Shown here one piece after another: positions 39,393-52,307 of a DNA stretch of 64,000 nt (position 1 is the stretch's first letter; every line of letters begins with the position of its first letter). The notes under the pieces were generated by a model. It was not told the origin of the DNA. It ran no database searches and saw only the letters and a program-made list of their open reading frames with translations. The DNA lies in contig CM007990.1 of NCBI GenBank assembly GCA_002189035.1, positions 1,302,001 through 1,366,000 of the forward strand, in the 5' to 3' direction. Origin of the DNA: Utricularia gibba (lineage: Eukaryota > Plantae > Magnoliophyta). The translations under genes were made by a program, and so were the position numbers.

Positions 39393-40059
39393 CTGGATAT
39401 CTATCGCACCGCACCACGACCAAGGTCTTGCAGTTTAAAATGCTGCCAGTATGTAATGAATCACTTGAATGAGCAACTGCATTTTGTCCTGAACTTGATT
39501 TCTGCTAGAAACTCGGGGCTTCGTGCATTGTTTTGAGAAGCCTGTGTGCTTTGAATCGGAGACATTTGCGATTATGTGCATGAACGATTCTGCAGCAGCA
39601 ATAAAAACTAGTCTAGCAGTCGGCATGAGTAAGAGTTGATCCAAGTAATTCCTGGGTTGATTGGTACATAATAAGTATGAGAGATTTGTATGTGTATTTA
39701 ATTGAGTACGAATCGAGCTAAATATTTTTTATTCGAGTTTGATTCAAGTTAATTATTTTAAGTATATATTATATACTATTTAATGTATATACGATGTTAT
39801 TCATTTTTTTTTATTTTGTAAGTTAAGTTAAGAATTGATCAACATATAAATAGTGTTACGTATTACTTTTATTCTTTGTAAGTTATGACAATTATCTATT
39901 TGATGCATACATGATGTTGTATAATACTATCTTGAAAAATTATTAAAACCATCAAATACCATATACATGATGTTTTTATCTTAATTATGTAATTCGAGTC
40001 AACTCATATAATATGGGTCAAGTACAAGTGCCTAACTCATTGACTCGAGTGACTCTATA

Positions 40060-40300
40060 GGAGTGTTTTGGAAAAATTTTAAAATTTATTTTTATTTTTA
40101 TTTTTTAAAAATAAAAATAATTTTATTCTAGAACACTTTTAATTGTAAAAGTAATTCTATTAAAAATATTTTTAAATTATAACTACAAAAGTTATTTTTT
40201 TAAAAAGTAATGAATTGTTTATTTTTATTTTTTACTTCTATTTTTCAAAATTATTTTTGAAAATTAAAAACAGGTTTTAAAAATTTTCAATAACAATGCT
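40060..40300. mobile_element. Degenerate Tourist-like MITE
   Basis: Imperfect inverted ends (ggagtgttttggaaaaattttaaaa / ttttaaaaattttcaataacaatgct), TATA on both flanks, and a very AT-rich interior. Confidence 0.4.
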
Positions 40301-40712
40301 TATAAGTTCTATCTTTCAATTTAACTCGTTGAGGTCGACTCATGATTCGACGAGTACAGAGAGTCATCGTGAGGGTTAGCCACGAGAAATAGCAAGGCGA
40401 GAGCATGTGTGTGAACGTTAATTTGCATTTGTATTTGCATTAAATTTGAGTTTAGGGGGGAAATTAAATATACGGGCCGATGATTTGTAATGGGCCGATG
40501 ATGACGGCCCGAAGTAAATGAACTGGGCTTGAGTGCAGCGTTATTCGTCGTACAATGCCGGCACCGGCGGTTGTGGGATGGCGGAGTAACCGAAGCCCGC
40601 CCGACTACTAGATAAATACCTCGTCGTTGCCTTCTCCGCCACAAAACGCCGATTTGCAGTGGGTTTTTCCGTCTCCCATTTTTTTTCCGGCGTAGTTAAT
40701 TCCAGTTCTGAA

Positions 40713-42797
40713 ATGGCAACTCATTTTCTTGTGAAGACGCCATTCATTTCATTCTCCTCCTCCATTTCCTCGACCACGCAGCTTGCTGGGCCGTCGGCGC
40801 CATTACTCCGACGGAGATCCTTCTCTCGCGTACCATCGGTGCAAGCGAAGATCCGAGAGATTTTCATGCCTGCTCTGAGTTCCACTATGACCGAGGGCAA
40901 GATCGTGAGCTGGGTCAAATCCGAAGGGGACGTGTTAGCGAAGGGTGAAGCCGTTGTCGTTGTGGAATCGGATAAGGCGGATATGGATGTTGAGACATTC
41001 TACGATGGAATATTGGCTGCGATCGTCGTCAATGAAGGGGAAACGGCTCAAGTTGGTGCACCCATCGGGCTTTTAGCTGAAACCGAGGAGGAAATTGCGG
41101 AAGCCAAAGCGAAAGCCGCTGGGCAATCAGCGTCAGTCCCCGCCAATCCAGCGCCCAAAGCAGAGGCTGCTGCCGGGGCCGTCCCAGAACCTGTTGTTTC
41201 CCAGCCTACTCCTGCTGCTGCTGTTCCATCAACTCCGGGAAGGGTCGTGGCTACACCGTATGCGAAGATACTGGCGAAACAACACAAGGTGGATGTTGCT
41301 AAGTTGGTGGGCACTGGTCCGTTTGGCAGGATAACCGCGGAAGATGTGGAGAAAGCAGCCGGAATAAAACCCATTCCCAAGGCCAATGTAGTTCCCTCAG
41401 TGGCTGCTCCATCAGCTGCTGCTCCTGCTGCCCCTCCCGCGAAAGCTTCTAATTTTCCAGTGATTCCAGGATCAAGTGTCGTGCCTTTTACTACAATGCA
41501 AGCTGCAGTTGCCAAGAATATGGTTGAAAGCTTAAGTGTTCCCACTTTCAGAGTTGGATACCCGATCAACACTGACGCACTTGATGCCCTCTATGAAAAG
41601 GTTAGTTAACAAAATGTCCAATTTTTTTCCACAACTGCATAGCTTATACTACTCAAGTATGATATCCTTAGTGGTGATATTTAAGATGTGATTCGTTTGT
41701 GGAATGAGAAAAATGTAGAGCTATAGATGGATAACATGGAGTGTAATCATCACAATGTGATCAGAATTGACGTTCTTCTTTAGCTGAATTTTCTAACTTG
41801 AGGTATGCTATTTGGTGAATCACAGTTGAAGCCGAAAGGTGTAACCATGACAGCAATACTAGCAAAGGCTGCAGCAATGGCACTAGTTGTGCATCCAGTT
41901 GTGAACGCTACATGTAAAGATGGAAAAAGTTTTACGTACAACAGTAGTATAAATATTGCCGTTGCTGTAGCGATCAACGGTGGATTGATCACCCCCGTCC
42001 TCCAGGATGCTGATAAGGTGCAAGACTGCTTTTTTATATCGATTTCTCTGTTAGCATGTTTGTATTTCTTAGCACTTGCAAGCTTTTAACATTGTGGCCA
42101 CATCTATTCTTGAGTGTAGATGGATATCTATCTGCTGTCGAAGAAATGGAAGGAACTGGTAGAGAAAGCCCGAGCAAAGCAACTTCAGCCTCAGGAGTAC
42201 AACTCAGGTATGATCAGAAAACATTTCTTCTGGAGGGCGTTGGCTTGCTTGTCTCTCCATTTTTGACACATCAAAAGTTCTTCATTTTCTATATCTTAAC
42301 TGTGATACAAGATGGCATATTAATCACTGAAAAACTCTGAAGGACTCAAACAAAGATTTCTGTGGCCGCAGGGACATTTACTCTATCGAACCTCGGGATG
42401 TTTGGTGTAGATAAGTTTGACGCTATTCTTCCTCCAGGCCAGGTGAGGAAGAAGATCCAAAAACCCTAATTCAAAAGTCTTAATTTTGGCACTCTTCATG
42501 GTTTCTTTTTGATTATCAGGGCGCCATTATGGCTGTTGGGGCATCAAAACCTACTGTTATAGCTGATAAGGATGGATACTTCAGCGTTAAGAACAGGATG
42601 CTGGTACGTAAAATTTCTCCTGTGCAAGTTGGAATGACACTAGGAAGGATTAGTAGGAAAGTTCTAATTTTCCTTTCTGAACTTCTACACAGGTAAATGT
42701 TACAGCTGACCATCGAATCATTTACGGTGCTGATCTCGCTGATTTCCTGAAAACGTTTGCGAAGATCGTCGAGAACCCGGAAAGCTTGACCTTGTAG
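40713..42797 (+). CDS. LTA2: Plastid pyruvate dehydrogenase E2 (dihydrolipoamide S-acetyltransferase)
   Basis: Exons 40713-41600, 41826-42017, 42120-42207, 42372-42442, 42520-42603 and 42693-42797. Transit peptide, lipoyl domain (VESDKADMDVE), E3-binding domain (ATPYAKILAK) and catalytic ADHRIIYGAD. Confidence 0.95.
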
Positions 42798-43179
42798 AAT
42801 ACCAATTCAGCATCTGCATATACTCCGGTTATGTCAAACTCTCCTGGTGTTTCTGTTGCATTCCTTTTTCCCCGGTTGAGAATTCCCATGATCCCAGTTT
42901 GCGGCATTCATGCAGTAGTCATCAAAATCTTGTTTTTTTTTCTATATAATTTCTCCGAACGTAGAGCTCGAAATCTGGCATGTTTGCAGACTATATAGTT
43001 TCTTTTTGAAATAAGCAGGAACCAGAGGGATGCTGGAATGGTAAGAATGGTTGTAAACTCTATTAGATTAGAATTGTTCATATCTTGGTATGGCATGCAC
43101 TGTATCATGCGTGGACATATGCACCATATGATGTCATGGAGCAGAAGCCATTGAAGGAATCCTTGCTTTCTGCAGCTTT

Positions 43180-44097
43180 CTACCAGTCTAAGCTAATATT
43201 TCTTGAAGAGTACAGCTTGTCGATGTATTCGATCACCGGAAGCGATGCATTGATGTACCGGATCATCTCCTTTGCTGCCGATTCATCTGCAGCAACAACC
43301 ATTGTGGATGATGTTGAAAGGTTGGTGCTACGGCTGAAACTGGATTTCTTTACAAAACAGTGTCTCCCTGGAGAAGAAACTTACTGGTTTCCCTTAGCTT
43401 CAGAAGCAGTTGATCCCTGGTTGGTAGAGCGTACATGCCGGCGTACACGGCTGTCCTCACAGCCCATATATGATACGGAGCACATGTCTTCGCGTATGCC
43501 GTGGATGCGGCTTCCTTCAGATAGCAATCACTGCTAAACAGCAACTGATGATGATGAGATTCGGAATCCGACATGGTTATTCATAAGAATCGAAACTTGG
43601 ATGGATTGGAGCGGGGGAGCGAGCTCTGGACTTACTCCGATGACAGGAAGTTCTGGAACAGAGCTCTGATTAGATCAAGGCCCTGCCTGACGCGCCTCAG
43701 ATTACGTGATAGGCTCCCCGGCGTTCTAACTGAGTCGTTCCGTAGATCGAACTCGATGACTCGGTTCAATGTCATCAACTCTCCTGACGCGCCTGCAAGA
43801 TCACTCACCTGAATCGAATCAAACATCAAGATCCATGCACAGCGAAGAAGAACAAGGAGAAGAAAGGAGAATGGATGAATTAACCTTGGAGACGTACTCC
43901 AGTTCGGCGAATTTGAAGGCGATCCCCAAGGAACCAAAGAGGATCGAAACCAGAGAACAAGCCTCGCAAAACGTTTTCAAATCGAGATCGTAATCGAAGC
44001 CCTTGGAATTCACCAACGCCGACAGATCCTCAAACGCTCCCGCCATCGCCGACAATGGCGTCGTCAATTGACTCTGAATCCCGCCCTCGTTGCCCAT
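43180..44097 (-). CDS. ACD11-homolog glycolipid/ceramide-1-phosphate transfer protein (At4g39670-like)
   Basis: Exons 44097-43885, 43808-43636, 43530-43385 and 43286-43180 are in phase. Motifs CSLVSILFGSLGIAFKFAELEYVSKV, SRNLRRVRQGLDL, APYHIWAVRTAV and terminal LDW*. Confidence 0.92.
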
Positions 44098-45864
44098 TGA
44101 ACTCGCGAAAGATTCCTCTGACCTTCAAAGAAAAAAAGAAAACCGACGATTCCTTGAGAGAATGCAATCGAGAAAGAGGAATGGATCAGCGCCGCACCTT
44201 GAGAAAAGGGATTGAAATTTCAGGGCATCGAGTTGTGTTTCCGATTCCTGTTCGATCAGAAAAAAAAAAAAAGGTCAGAGGTGGAGCTTGTTTTTATACG
44301 CGGGAAGGAGGTGCCCATTGCTTGCCGCCATGGCCGTACGGAGCCCGTCAATTCCTTCTATTATAAGTTTGGAAGAGTCGCATATGCGATTCACATGCAC
44401 GCGTAAATATTTATAATCTGTTTTTCACATTGTGTAAATTTTTTTAAGTTAAAATATAGTCCAAAATATATATTGTTTATGAATAATATTAATTTAATTA
44501 TTTCTAGAAATATATTGTTTTTTGTGCCATTGACAACATTTAATTAAATTACAAGGCATAACTCGAGAGGATAAAAAAATATCATTGAAATAAAAATATT
44601 AATAAAAATTAATGATTTTAAATATTATTCAAACAAGTTAAATATTCATTATCAAAATTATGGAAGAAAATGCAAATTATGAACTAAGAATAATTACCAA
44701 TGAGGTGTACTATTATGTTGATTTAAATTAATATAATATTTTATTATTTAATTTTTGTAATTAAAATTAAGTATTTATGAAAAAAAATAGCGTTAAACAA
44801 TAAAAAAAAATCAACGTCTCGCATGTTACCAAAATAGTATTAGTAGTTCTGGGTTGGCCATGTTCTGTACCTCTGGAGTCGGGCTGTGAACGCGGGGCCC
44901 ACTGTCAGCAGACGGGCCCACGCCTGTCAGAAGCGGCCCAGATATAAATTCATATTATCCAAAATAACTTGTGTAAGATCCCTCACAAGTCACCTATAAA
45001 TAGAGCAAGACACGCCCACCGTCCATCACAAATGCACATCCTGAAATTATTTTTTTATTTTTAATATAATCATAATAAAAAAAACATTTCTGGGGCAAGT
45101 GGGACTCGTGGGCAGCCGCATAGGACGACGTCGTTTTCAACAACGATCTAGAAAGATTTGAATTGTTCCTTAGGGCAGCTGGAATTTATAATCAATCAAA
45201 CCCACCACGTGGGATGAATGGCCTCCCCCGAATCAGTCTTCCGTGAATTCGCTCCATTCATCTCGCAAATTTCTAGGGTTTGGTAGTACACTTTAGTTAA
45301 ATATTTATTTAAATTATTTTTATTTATATAAATCTCTGTAGAAGGTTTAAATTTATGTAACATATTTTTAAATTAAAAATATCAAAAAAATTGTATTAAA
45401 CATGTATATTAAATATAATATCTCTCAAAACCAATTATAAAATATCTATATTTTAAAAAGATCAATTAGAAATTTGATCATATCAAAAAAATGACCACTT
45501 TGTATATTTTTTTTACTAAGTGAATGTGGTGGGGGTACTTTTTTAAATTATAAGTTTTAAAATGCGAGGATTATATTTGATTCAAACTGAATTTATGATT
45601 TTTTGGGTTTAATTTAAATAAACTTTTCAAATTTAGAAAATGACATTTTATTTTTATAATATTCTAGAATAATTTAAATATCCGTTCAACCCGAGATGAA
45701 AGGCAACACAAATCTAAATGATTATTAAATATAATATAATATAATACAATGCGAATTTATTATGATTCTGCGCTGATCTTGTTTTTTAATCGCAATTAAT
45801 TAATCCTTGTGAATGTATACATCTTTGGAAGCGGTGGGTTATGGTTATAATAAGCTAGTTTTAA

Positions 45865-46425
45865 CTATTGGAATTCCACATGGGCCGGCGTCTCATGGGA
45901 TCTAGAAAATGTAAGACCCGACCCGAAACCCATATCCGAATGATCGAACAGCCCATCTAACGCCACGTACTCAGAATCACCATCGTCCGTGTCTCCGAAA
46001 CCTAGCCCAAACCCGTACCCGAACGAATCTTCGTACGCCGGAACCTCAAAACACTCGCCGAACGCCGACTCCACTCCATTCAAAATCTGTTCGTGATCTC
46101 CGTCGAATCCGGTCGGCGAACATCCCGCCGTAGGCGGTAGTCCGAGCTCATCGTCCGTAGCCTCCAACAAAAAGCACAGATCCGTTGTCGATTCTCCACA
46201 TTCGGAGCACTCCGACGCGAGATCTCCACTCGGCACCGCCGTCGTAACCTCGTCCTCGAAGGTTTTGATAAAGCAGGAGAGCTTCTCCTCCGCGGGAAAA
46301 GAGACGTTCTCCGCTGCCGCCTCCTCGTCGGAATCATCGAGAATATCCTGTTTCAACCGTTTCCTGGATATCTCATCCCGTTCCACATACTCGAGAACGC
46401 GCTTCTGGCTCTTGCAATCCTCCAT
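45865..46425 (-). CDS. Plant uncharacterised acidic protein (At1g13360/At3g25870-like)
   Basis: Single 186-aa ORF with KRL...DILDDSD, FEDEV, GESTTDLCFLLEATDDELGLPP and LDGLFDHSD motifs. TATAAAT lies about 90 bp upstream on the minus strand. Confidence 0.8.
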   Translation of the reverse strand: MEDCKSQKRVLEYVERDEISRKRLKQDILDDSDEEAAAENVSFPAEEKLSCFIKTFEDEVTTAVPSGDLASECSECGESTTDLCFLLEATDDELGLPPTAGCSPTGFDGDHEQILNGVESAFGECFEVPAYEDSFGYGFGLGFGDTDDGDSEYVALDGLFDHSDMGFGSGLTFSRSHETPAHVEFQ

Positions 46426-49400
46426 AAGAATGGGATTCGGAGTCTCAACACTTCATGGCGCGGATGCGCAAGTTCGTGGAGGAGCGTGGAAGATCTCGCC
46501 GGCGGGTGGAGGGCATTTATAGGAGGGAGAGAAATGGTGCAAAGTGGAGCCGGTTCACGCACATCATGTCAGATGAGTTTTTAGGTGACGTGTCCATCCA
46601 CCCGCTCCCTTCTCCGTATCCAGACTTTTTTTTTTCGTTTTTATTTGTGTATGTATATTTATTGAGTATTTCTTCTTTTTAGGTATATTCTAAATCCCTG
46701 GAATTAATTGGATTTGAATCAGGAGTTGGAGTCCGGCGTCACTTGTGGGCCCCAGAAATGAACAACCCGTCCCGATCCGTGCCCTCCACCTGCCTCCCTA
46801 CTGACATGTAAATAATTGCCCGGTAAAAACGGATAATCCGAGCATAAATATTCGTTTATTACACGTATTTATTTACTTCCCGTGTCCGTCCACCTCCACT
46901 CCTTGGACTCGGATACGGACACGTTTCTAGTTCGGAAAATCGTCCCCAACCGCATTTTATTACTACAAAATCATTTACCTCACCCCAAATGAGTTCGCAA
47001 CATGTGACGTGTCTCAATTACCCTTATTTCTGTACGTCCGTACACAGTGGTGTGTCGCGGGATGGATTAGGTGATATCACATCTCACGATCGAGGATTTC
47101 CACACATGAACAATAATAATTCAGCTGGTGTGGGCCTCGTGACTAATGCGACACGAGCAGCGCACATCGACTACCCATTCAATTTTTCCACATATAGGTT
47201 ACATTCAACCTGTAATATATTAATAGGGCTGGCTAACCAACTGAATACAGTTCAAACATACACATTTGTGTTCATTAGTTAAGGATTTTGAATAAAAAAA
47301 CGTTGCTCAAACATGAAGCATTCCTTTTCATTGATATATCTTGTTTGTGTTCGTTCGAATAATTTTACAATCATATTATGTAAAGTTAAAGATTTTTTGA
47401 TAATATCTAACATTGGTTATGTAGGAAGAAAATTATATATTTCAATAGAAATATATTTTTAATATTGTATGATACATTTTTCTTAAAAGAAATAATGAAT
47501 AACCATAAGAGTTTAGATTTCGAAATAGATAATATCGTATAAATGAGAGTGGATCATAACATGTTAACATCCAATCCTTCTTTATATTAAAATCGTCATT
47601 ACAATGACCTTGATCATAATCTTAAAAAAATAATAAGTTTACACATTTTGAACTTATATAGAATTATTTATACATTGTGAGCTACAATAAAAAAAATCCA
47701 TTTAAAATATATTTAGTATAATAGTTTGAGTAATAATACATTTGAATTATATATATATATATGTATTAATTATAAACTAAAGATATATTTAATGAATAAG
47801 TTTTATAAATATGTATTTAAAGTAGTACTATATTTAATTAATACATGTAGAATATAAGAAAAAAGAAGTAAACTTAGATTGATTTAAAAAATTACACAAT
47901 TATTGTATTTAATTAATTCAATTATCAATATACGAATGCTAGTAAACACATATTTATATTAAATATAAATAAATAATGCACAAAGAAATAAACTAAAATT
48001 AAAATGGGTTGGGCGGGTCTGATAGGCGGTCTACGTGGACCCAGCTACCCAAGCTGCAATAAAAAAGGCGGGAACCATTCATGGCCGTTCATCCGTCGTC
48101 GTGGAATAAACGAACGGCAAAGATCAATTCCTTCCAGAAGCAGTTTTCGGGGACGTAGAACCGCGTGGGAGACGTGTTCCTAAAAATAATTTTGATGTTG
48201 AGATTCTTACACGGTTGATTCCCAAAATATATTATCAAATTAATATTAAATTTATTAATAAAAAATTATATTAATTTTTTAATAATTTTTTATTGCAATT
48301 GCCCAGATACTTCCATGAAAGGTCTTTGTGAGTATATGTAATAATATTATTTGTCCTAATGGAATATTTTTAATCCGTAAATTGCATGAGGGCTACTTTT
48401 ATTAAAAAATAATAATAATTTCCAATTTCCTATTGTATTTTATTTATTATATATTGTAAGCCCGCCTCATTAATTCCAATATATAATACATGAATTATGT
48501 ACATTATTTTGATATGATAATATTCGTATTTAATTCTGTACTTAATAATGGAATTCTAATTTTTGCTATCATTTATTATAATTGATTGAACTTGCAGTAA
48601 AAAAAAACATCATATGGCGCATTTCTGACCAAATATTTTAATTTCGGAAAATTCAATGCAAAAAATAAAATATTGGATAAAACAACCAAATTTCAGATAA
48701 ATATTAATAATATTTATTTTTTAAAAAATATTTAATTGTTCAATAAAAAAAGATAGTCAGCATAATATCCCATTTAAATAACATAATAATTGTTTGTTTT
48801 TTTTTTTTTTTTTTTTACTTTTTTCAGGAATGGTGCTTTCCACATGTGTACATGTTTGCTTTTCACTGCGGTTCAGAGTTTTTTGACCGCCACAGTAACC
48901 GAAGGGAAAACCAGAGAGGAAAGGGATGATAAAGAGGGTGAAACAAGGGAGAGAGTAAAGGGTAGTAGGAGACAGAGGAAAGCAGGTATCTTTACTTCTC
49001 TTCAGAATGGATTTTTTTTACAAATGTGGAATTTTGGATTTGTCTGTCCGATTTCTCAATTGGGTTTCTTGAGATTTGCATTCTGATTCACTGGGTTTGT
49101 GTTAATGCGATCAACTGAGTGAGTTAGAGATTGGGGTCCTACGGATCTCGGGTTTTGATTTTTTTGTCGTTCTGATAAATATTGACCTTTGGTATCTCAT
49201 CGCTTTTCCGTATTCTCGATAGATAGGGTTTATCTTTTTGTCTCGTATTTAATTGTGTGGATTCCGATAGACCAGTGCTTCCTTTGCTTCACTTATTCGG
49301 CTTTTGGGGTTGTTGAAGCGTTGAGCGAAGAGGAAGAAGAAGAGGGCTTCTCGGTTTGAGGGTTTTGGAGATTAGTGATTTTATGTCGGCAAGCATTGAT

Positions 49401-49523
49401 TCCTTTGTTTGTTCTGGGGCTCCCTCGAAGCTCTTCTTTTCATCATCTTCTGCTCATTGCATTCCACAATTTCTCTGCTGCAATCTTCAGCAGAGCACCC
49501 AGTATTTCCTCGCCTCCGTTTCG

Positions 49524-49732
49524 ATGCGTTTGAGGCCCAAAAGGTAAGCCATTAACCTTCATTTGGTGCTCTGAGGTTCCGATTTGTTGTGGTTTTGTGT
49601 AATTTTTTTATGGGCTTCTTGATAACCTGCAGGTTTTACTCTGGGACTGTTTTCTTTGGGGCTTATCACATAAACCGATTGTATGACCTTTTCCTATTCT
49701 TCAGAGATCACTTAACTGCGAGTCCTCAGTGA
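49524..49732 (+). CDS. Spliced peptide uORF in the leader of the CRF gene (39 aa; optional 47-aa in-frame extension from ATG 49383)
   Basis: 49524-49543 joined to 49633-49732 across an 89-nt GT-AG intron gives MRLRPKRFYSGTVFFGAYHINRLYDLFLFFRDHLTASPQ*. It ends 97 nt before the main ATG. Confidence 0.7.
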
Positions 49733-49829
49733 AAGGGCTTAGAATTTCTCTCTGTTTTTTTTCCCCTGTTTTTTCCTGTTGTGAGTGACATTTTTGTGGG
49801 CATTCTTGTTGAGGGAGTGTGTTAGAAAC

Positions 49830-50731
49830 ATGCCGGGGCTTCGGGTTTCGACTCCGGTTCCATGTTACCATGAACCTATGAATAGAAAGCTGAGATTGGC
49901 AGCTGAAGCCAGACAGAAAGTTAAGAAAATCAGATTCGTTTGTAGTGATCCTTATGCTACAGACTCCTCAGATGATGAGATGGTTAATGTGAAGAAGATG
50001 AAACGTGCAATCAATGAAGTTTGCATTGTAGCCACTGATTCTCCCAGAAAGTTCCTACATGTGAGAGTTCCGTCAATGAGAGTAGCAATGGAGAGAAGAG
50101 CATTAAGAAGAAGTGTTTTGCTACAATCGAGAGCAACCAAGATCCTGAGACCGGAAAATATAGAGGTGTTCGTCGGCGTAAATGGGGAAAATGGGCTGCC
50201 GAGATACGTGATCCTATACAGCATAAGAGGGTCTGGTTGGGTACATACAGCACTGCTGATGAGGCATCCATGGCGTACGAGGCAAAGCGCCTCGAGTTCG
50301 AATCAATGGTAGATGGCAGCATAGACTCCTTGGAAAGAAGCAGCAATGAGGACAACAGAAATGATGATCCTGCTGCCGCATCCATGCCGGAAGACTCCTG
50401 TGGCAGCAATCAGAATCCAAGTGAGGAGATTACCACATTTGAGAAGAAACCTGTGCCCAGTTCTTGCTCAATGGATGAGGAACTGATGACTTTAGCAGAA
50501 ACAGGCACGGACATAGACATGGGATTCGAGCTCGATTCACTTCTACCATTTGATGACATGCCAATGGATGATCATCTGCCTATCTACGATCTGGGCAACT
50601 TGCCAGATTTCAGCTTTGATTCAGATTTCGGCCTCGACTTCGACCTTGAGTTTGGTGATTGCAGTGAAGCGGTTGTGAGTTCTTTCGTGGATGAGATCAG
50701 TGGAACACCCCTCAACGTTGCATGCCCTTAA
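49830..50731 (+). CDS. Cytokinin response factor, CRF10/11/12 (ERF118/119) type, with an apparent 1-nt frameshift
   Basis: The CRF domain [18 protein letters not shown] and the AP2 domain [20 protein letters not shown]...WLGTY are in different frames; C-terminus LNVACP*. The break must lie after the TGA at 50036-50038; the best site is the C3 run 50043-50045. Confidence 0.88.
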
Positions 50732-51637
50732 GTTTTGCTACCAGAGTGTTGTTGTGTTAGTATCTGTATCCTTCCGGCGCCCCTGGTTTTTGTTTGGCTG
50801 TCCAGCGGGTGCAATTCCTATTTACTTGTATTCACATTTGCTACCAGAGTTATTATCCGGAGTTATTTCGCAGCTCATGAATCCATGTCTTACACCAAGA
50901 CGACTGTTTCTCTGTGTAGTTCACCCTGCTGCGTTCATTTAATTTTGAAATTTTCACGAAGTATCCTTCGCTATGCTCGGGAAAAAGCCGCAAAATTTAC
51001 ATGATCAAAGGCATCGGAATGATGACCCCGATGAACTCACTCTTCTTCCTCATCCCATCCATCGCCCCTGAGTTTACTGTTCATCGTTCCAAGTGGAATC
51101 TAACGTTGGTTGGCGTACATGTATGACTTGACTTTGTTTTCGCAATGGGTAGCCATAAATGTTCGCAGGCTGATGCATGAATCTAACGTGGAATATTCAG
51201 AACGCCAGGATCTGTAGCATCCGCAGCTGCGCGAATCTCCGGCGAGCTGACGCTTGTCTGTGGATGGATATCCCATCCCCAGTGCCCACCTCCGCCGTGG
51301 TCGGCTCTGCTTCATCACGCTGCTCCGGTGGTCTCTCAGCGCAGACCCATCATTTTATTTTTAGATAGATTAGGCGGCCGGGCGGCGAGGACAAATGTTG
51401 CCGGAGGGAGCTGCCTGTCCCATGTGTGTCCTCCGACCGAATACTAGGGCTTAAAAATTAGTATTTAATTGGGGGCCGGTAACTAACACGCGATAATAAT
51501 CGTAATAAATAAATAAATAAATAAATAATTAGGGCGCGATCCGTCCATCTATTCTTCATCTGTCTACCGGTTTTGGTTGTAATAACACATCGAAAAATCC
51601 ATCTCCGACGGCTTCTCAAGGTTTCCTCCTCGTTTTC

Positions 51638-52307
51638 ATGGACCGTCTGAATTGCAGAGGCGCCGACGTCACCAAAATCCGAGTTTCGTATTCAGACCCC
51701 TACGCCACCGACTCGTCTTCCGACGAATCCGACGCGCCCGGCTGCAATTTCAAGCGCAAAGTGCACGAGATTCTACTGCGGCGGCCTGCCTCGAGGAAGG
51801 GTGAGTTAATCGGGGTCAATTTCAAGAGGGTGCGGCGCTCGAAGGGGGACCGCGGCTTCGTGGGGTGAGGATGAGGAAGTGGGGGAAATACGCGGCAGAG
51901 ATCAGGGATCCGTTTTGCAAAGGGAAGCGTGTCTGGTTGGGCACGTTCGCCACCGCGGAGGAAGCGGCGGAGGCGTACGTCGCAAAGAAACGTGAGATTG
52001 AGGAGAAGATGCGGGCGGGACAGCAGAGCTCCGATGGGGCGAGCCAGAAATCCCCCTCTTCGGTCCTGGAGTCGGAGTCTTGGGAATCGCACGATTCCCG
52101 TGAGAAAAGCAAGGCTTCTGGCATCAAAGACGACTGCTTTGGTGGAAGCGAATCATGGGAATCGAAAAATTCCGGCGAATTTGGGGTTCTCCACGGCGTT
52201 CGTTTGGTAGACAAGAACGGGTTTCTCTTGGGGATTTCAGCCGTCTTGATGATCTCAGTATCTGCGCCGCCGCTGAATACGAAGCCATCACGGGCGCCTG
52301 TGAGTAG
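51638..52307 (+). CDS. Second, divergent CRF-type AP2/ERF gene with two apparent 1-nt frameshifts
   Basis: CRF domain [18 protein letters not shown], then [18 protein letters not shown]...[13 protein letters not shown] in the next frame. Adding one G at 52230-52233 gives the C-terminus [28 protein letters not shown] (TAG 52305-52307). Confidence 0.8.

Noticed and set aside
51040-51470. GC-rich stretch between the CRF genes as a peptide or miRNA gene
   Set aside because: No CLE, CEP or RALF motif, no signal peptide, and no long hairpin or known mature miRNA that I could recognise.
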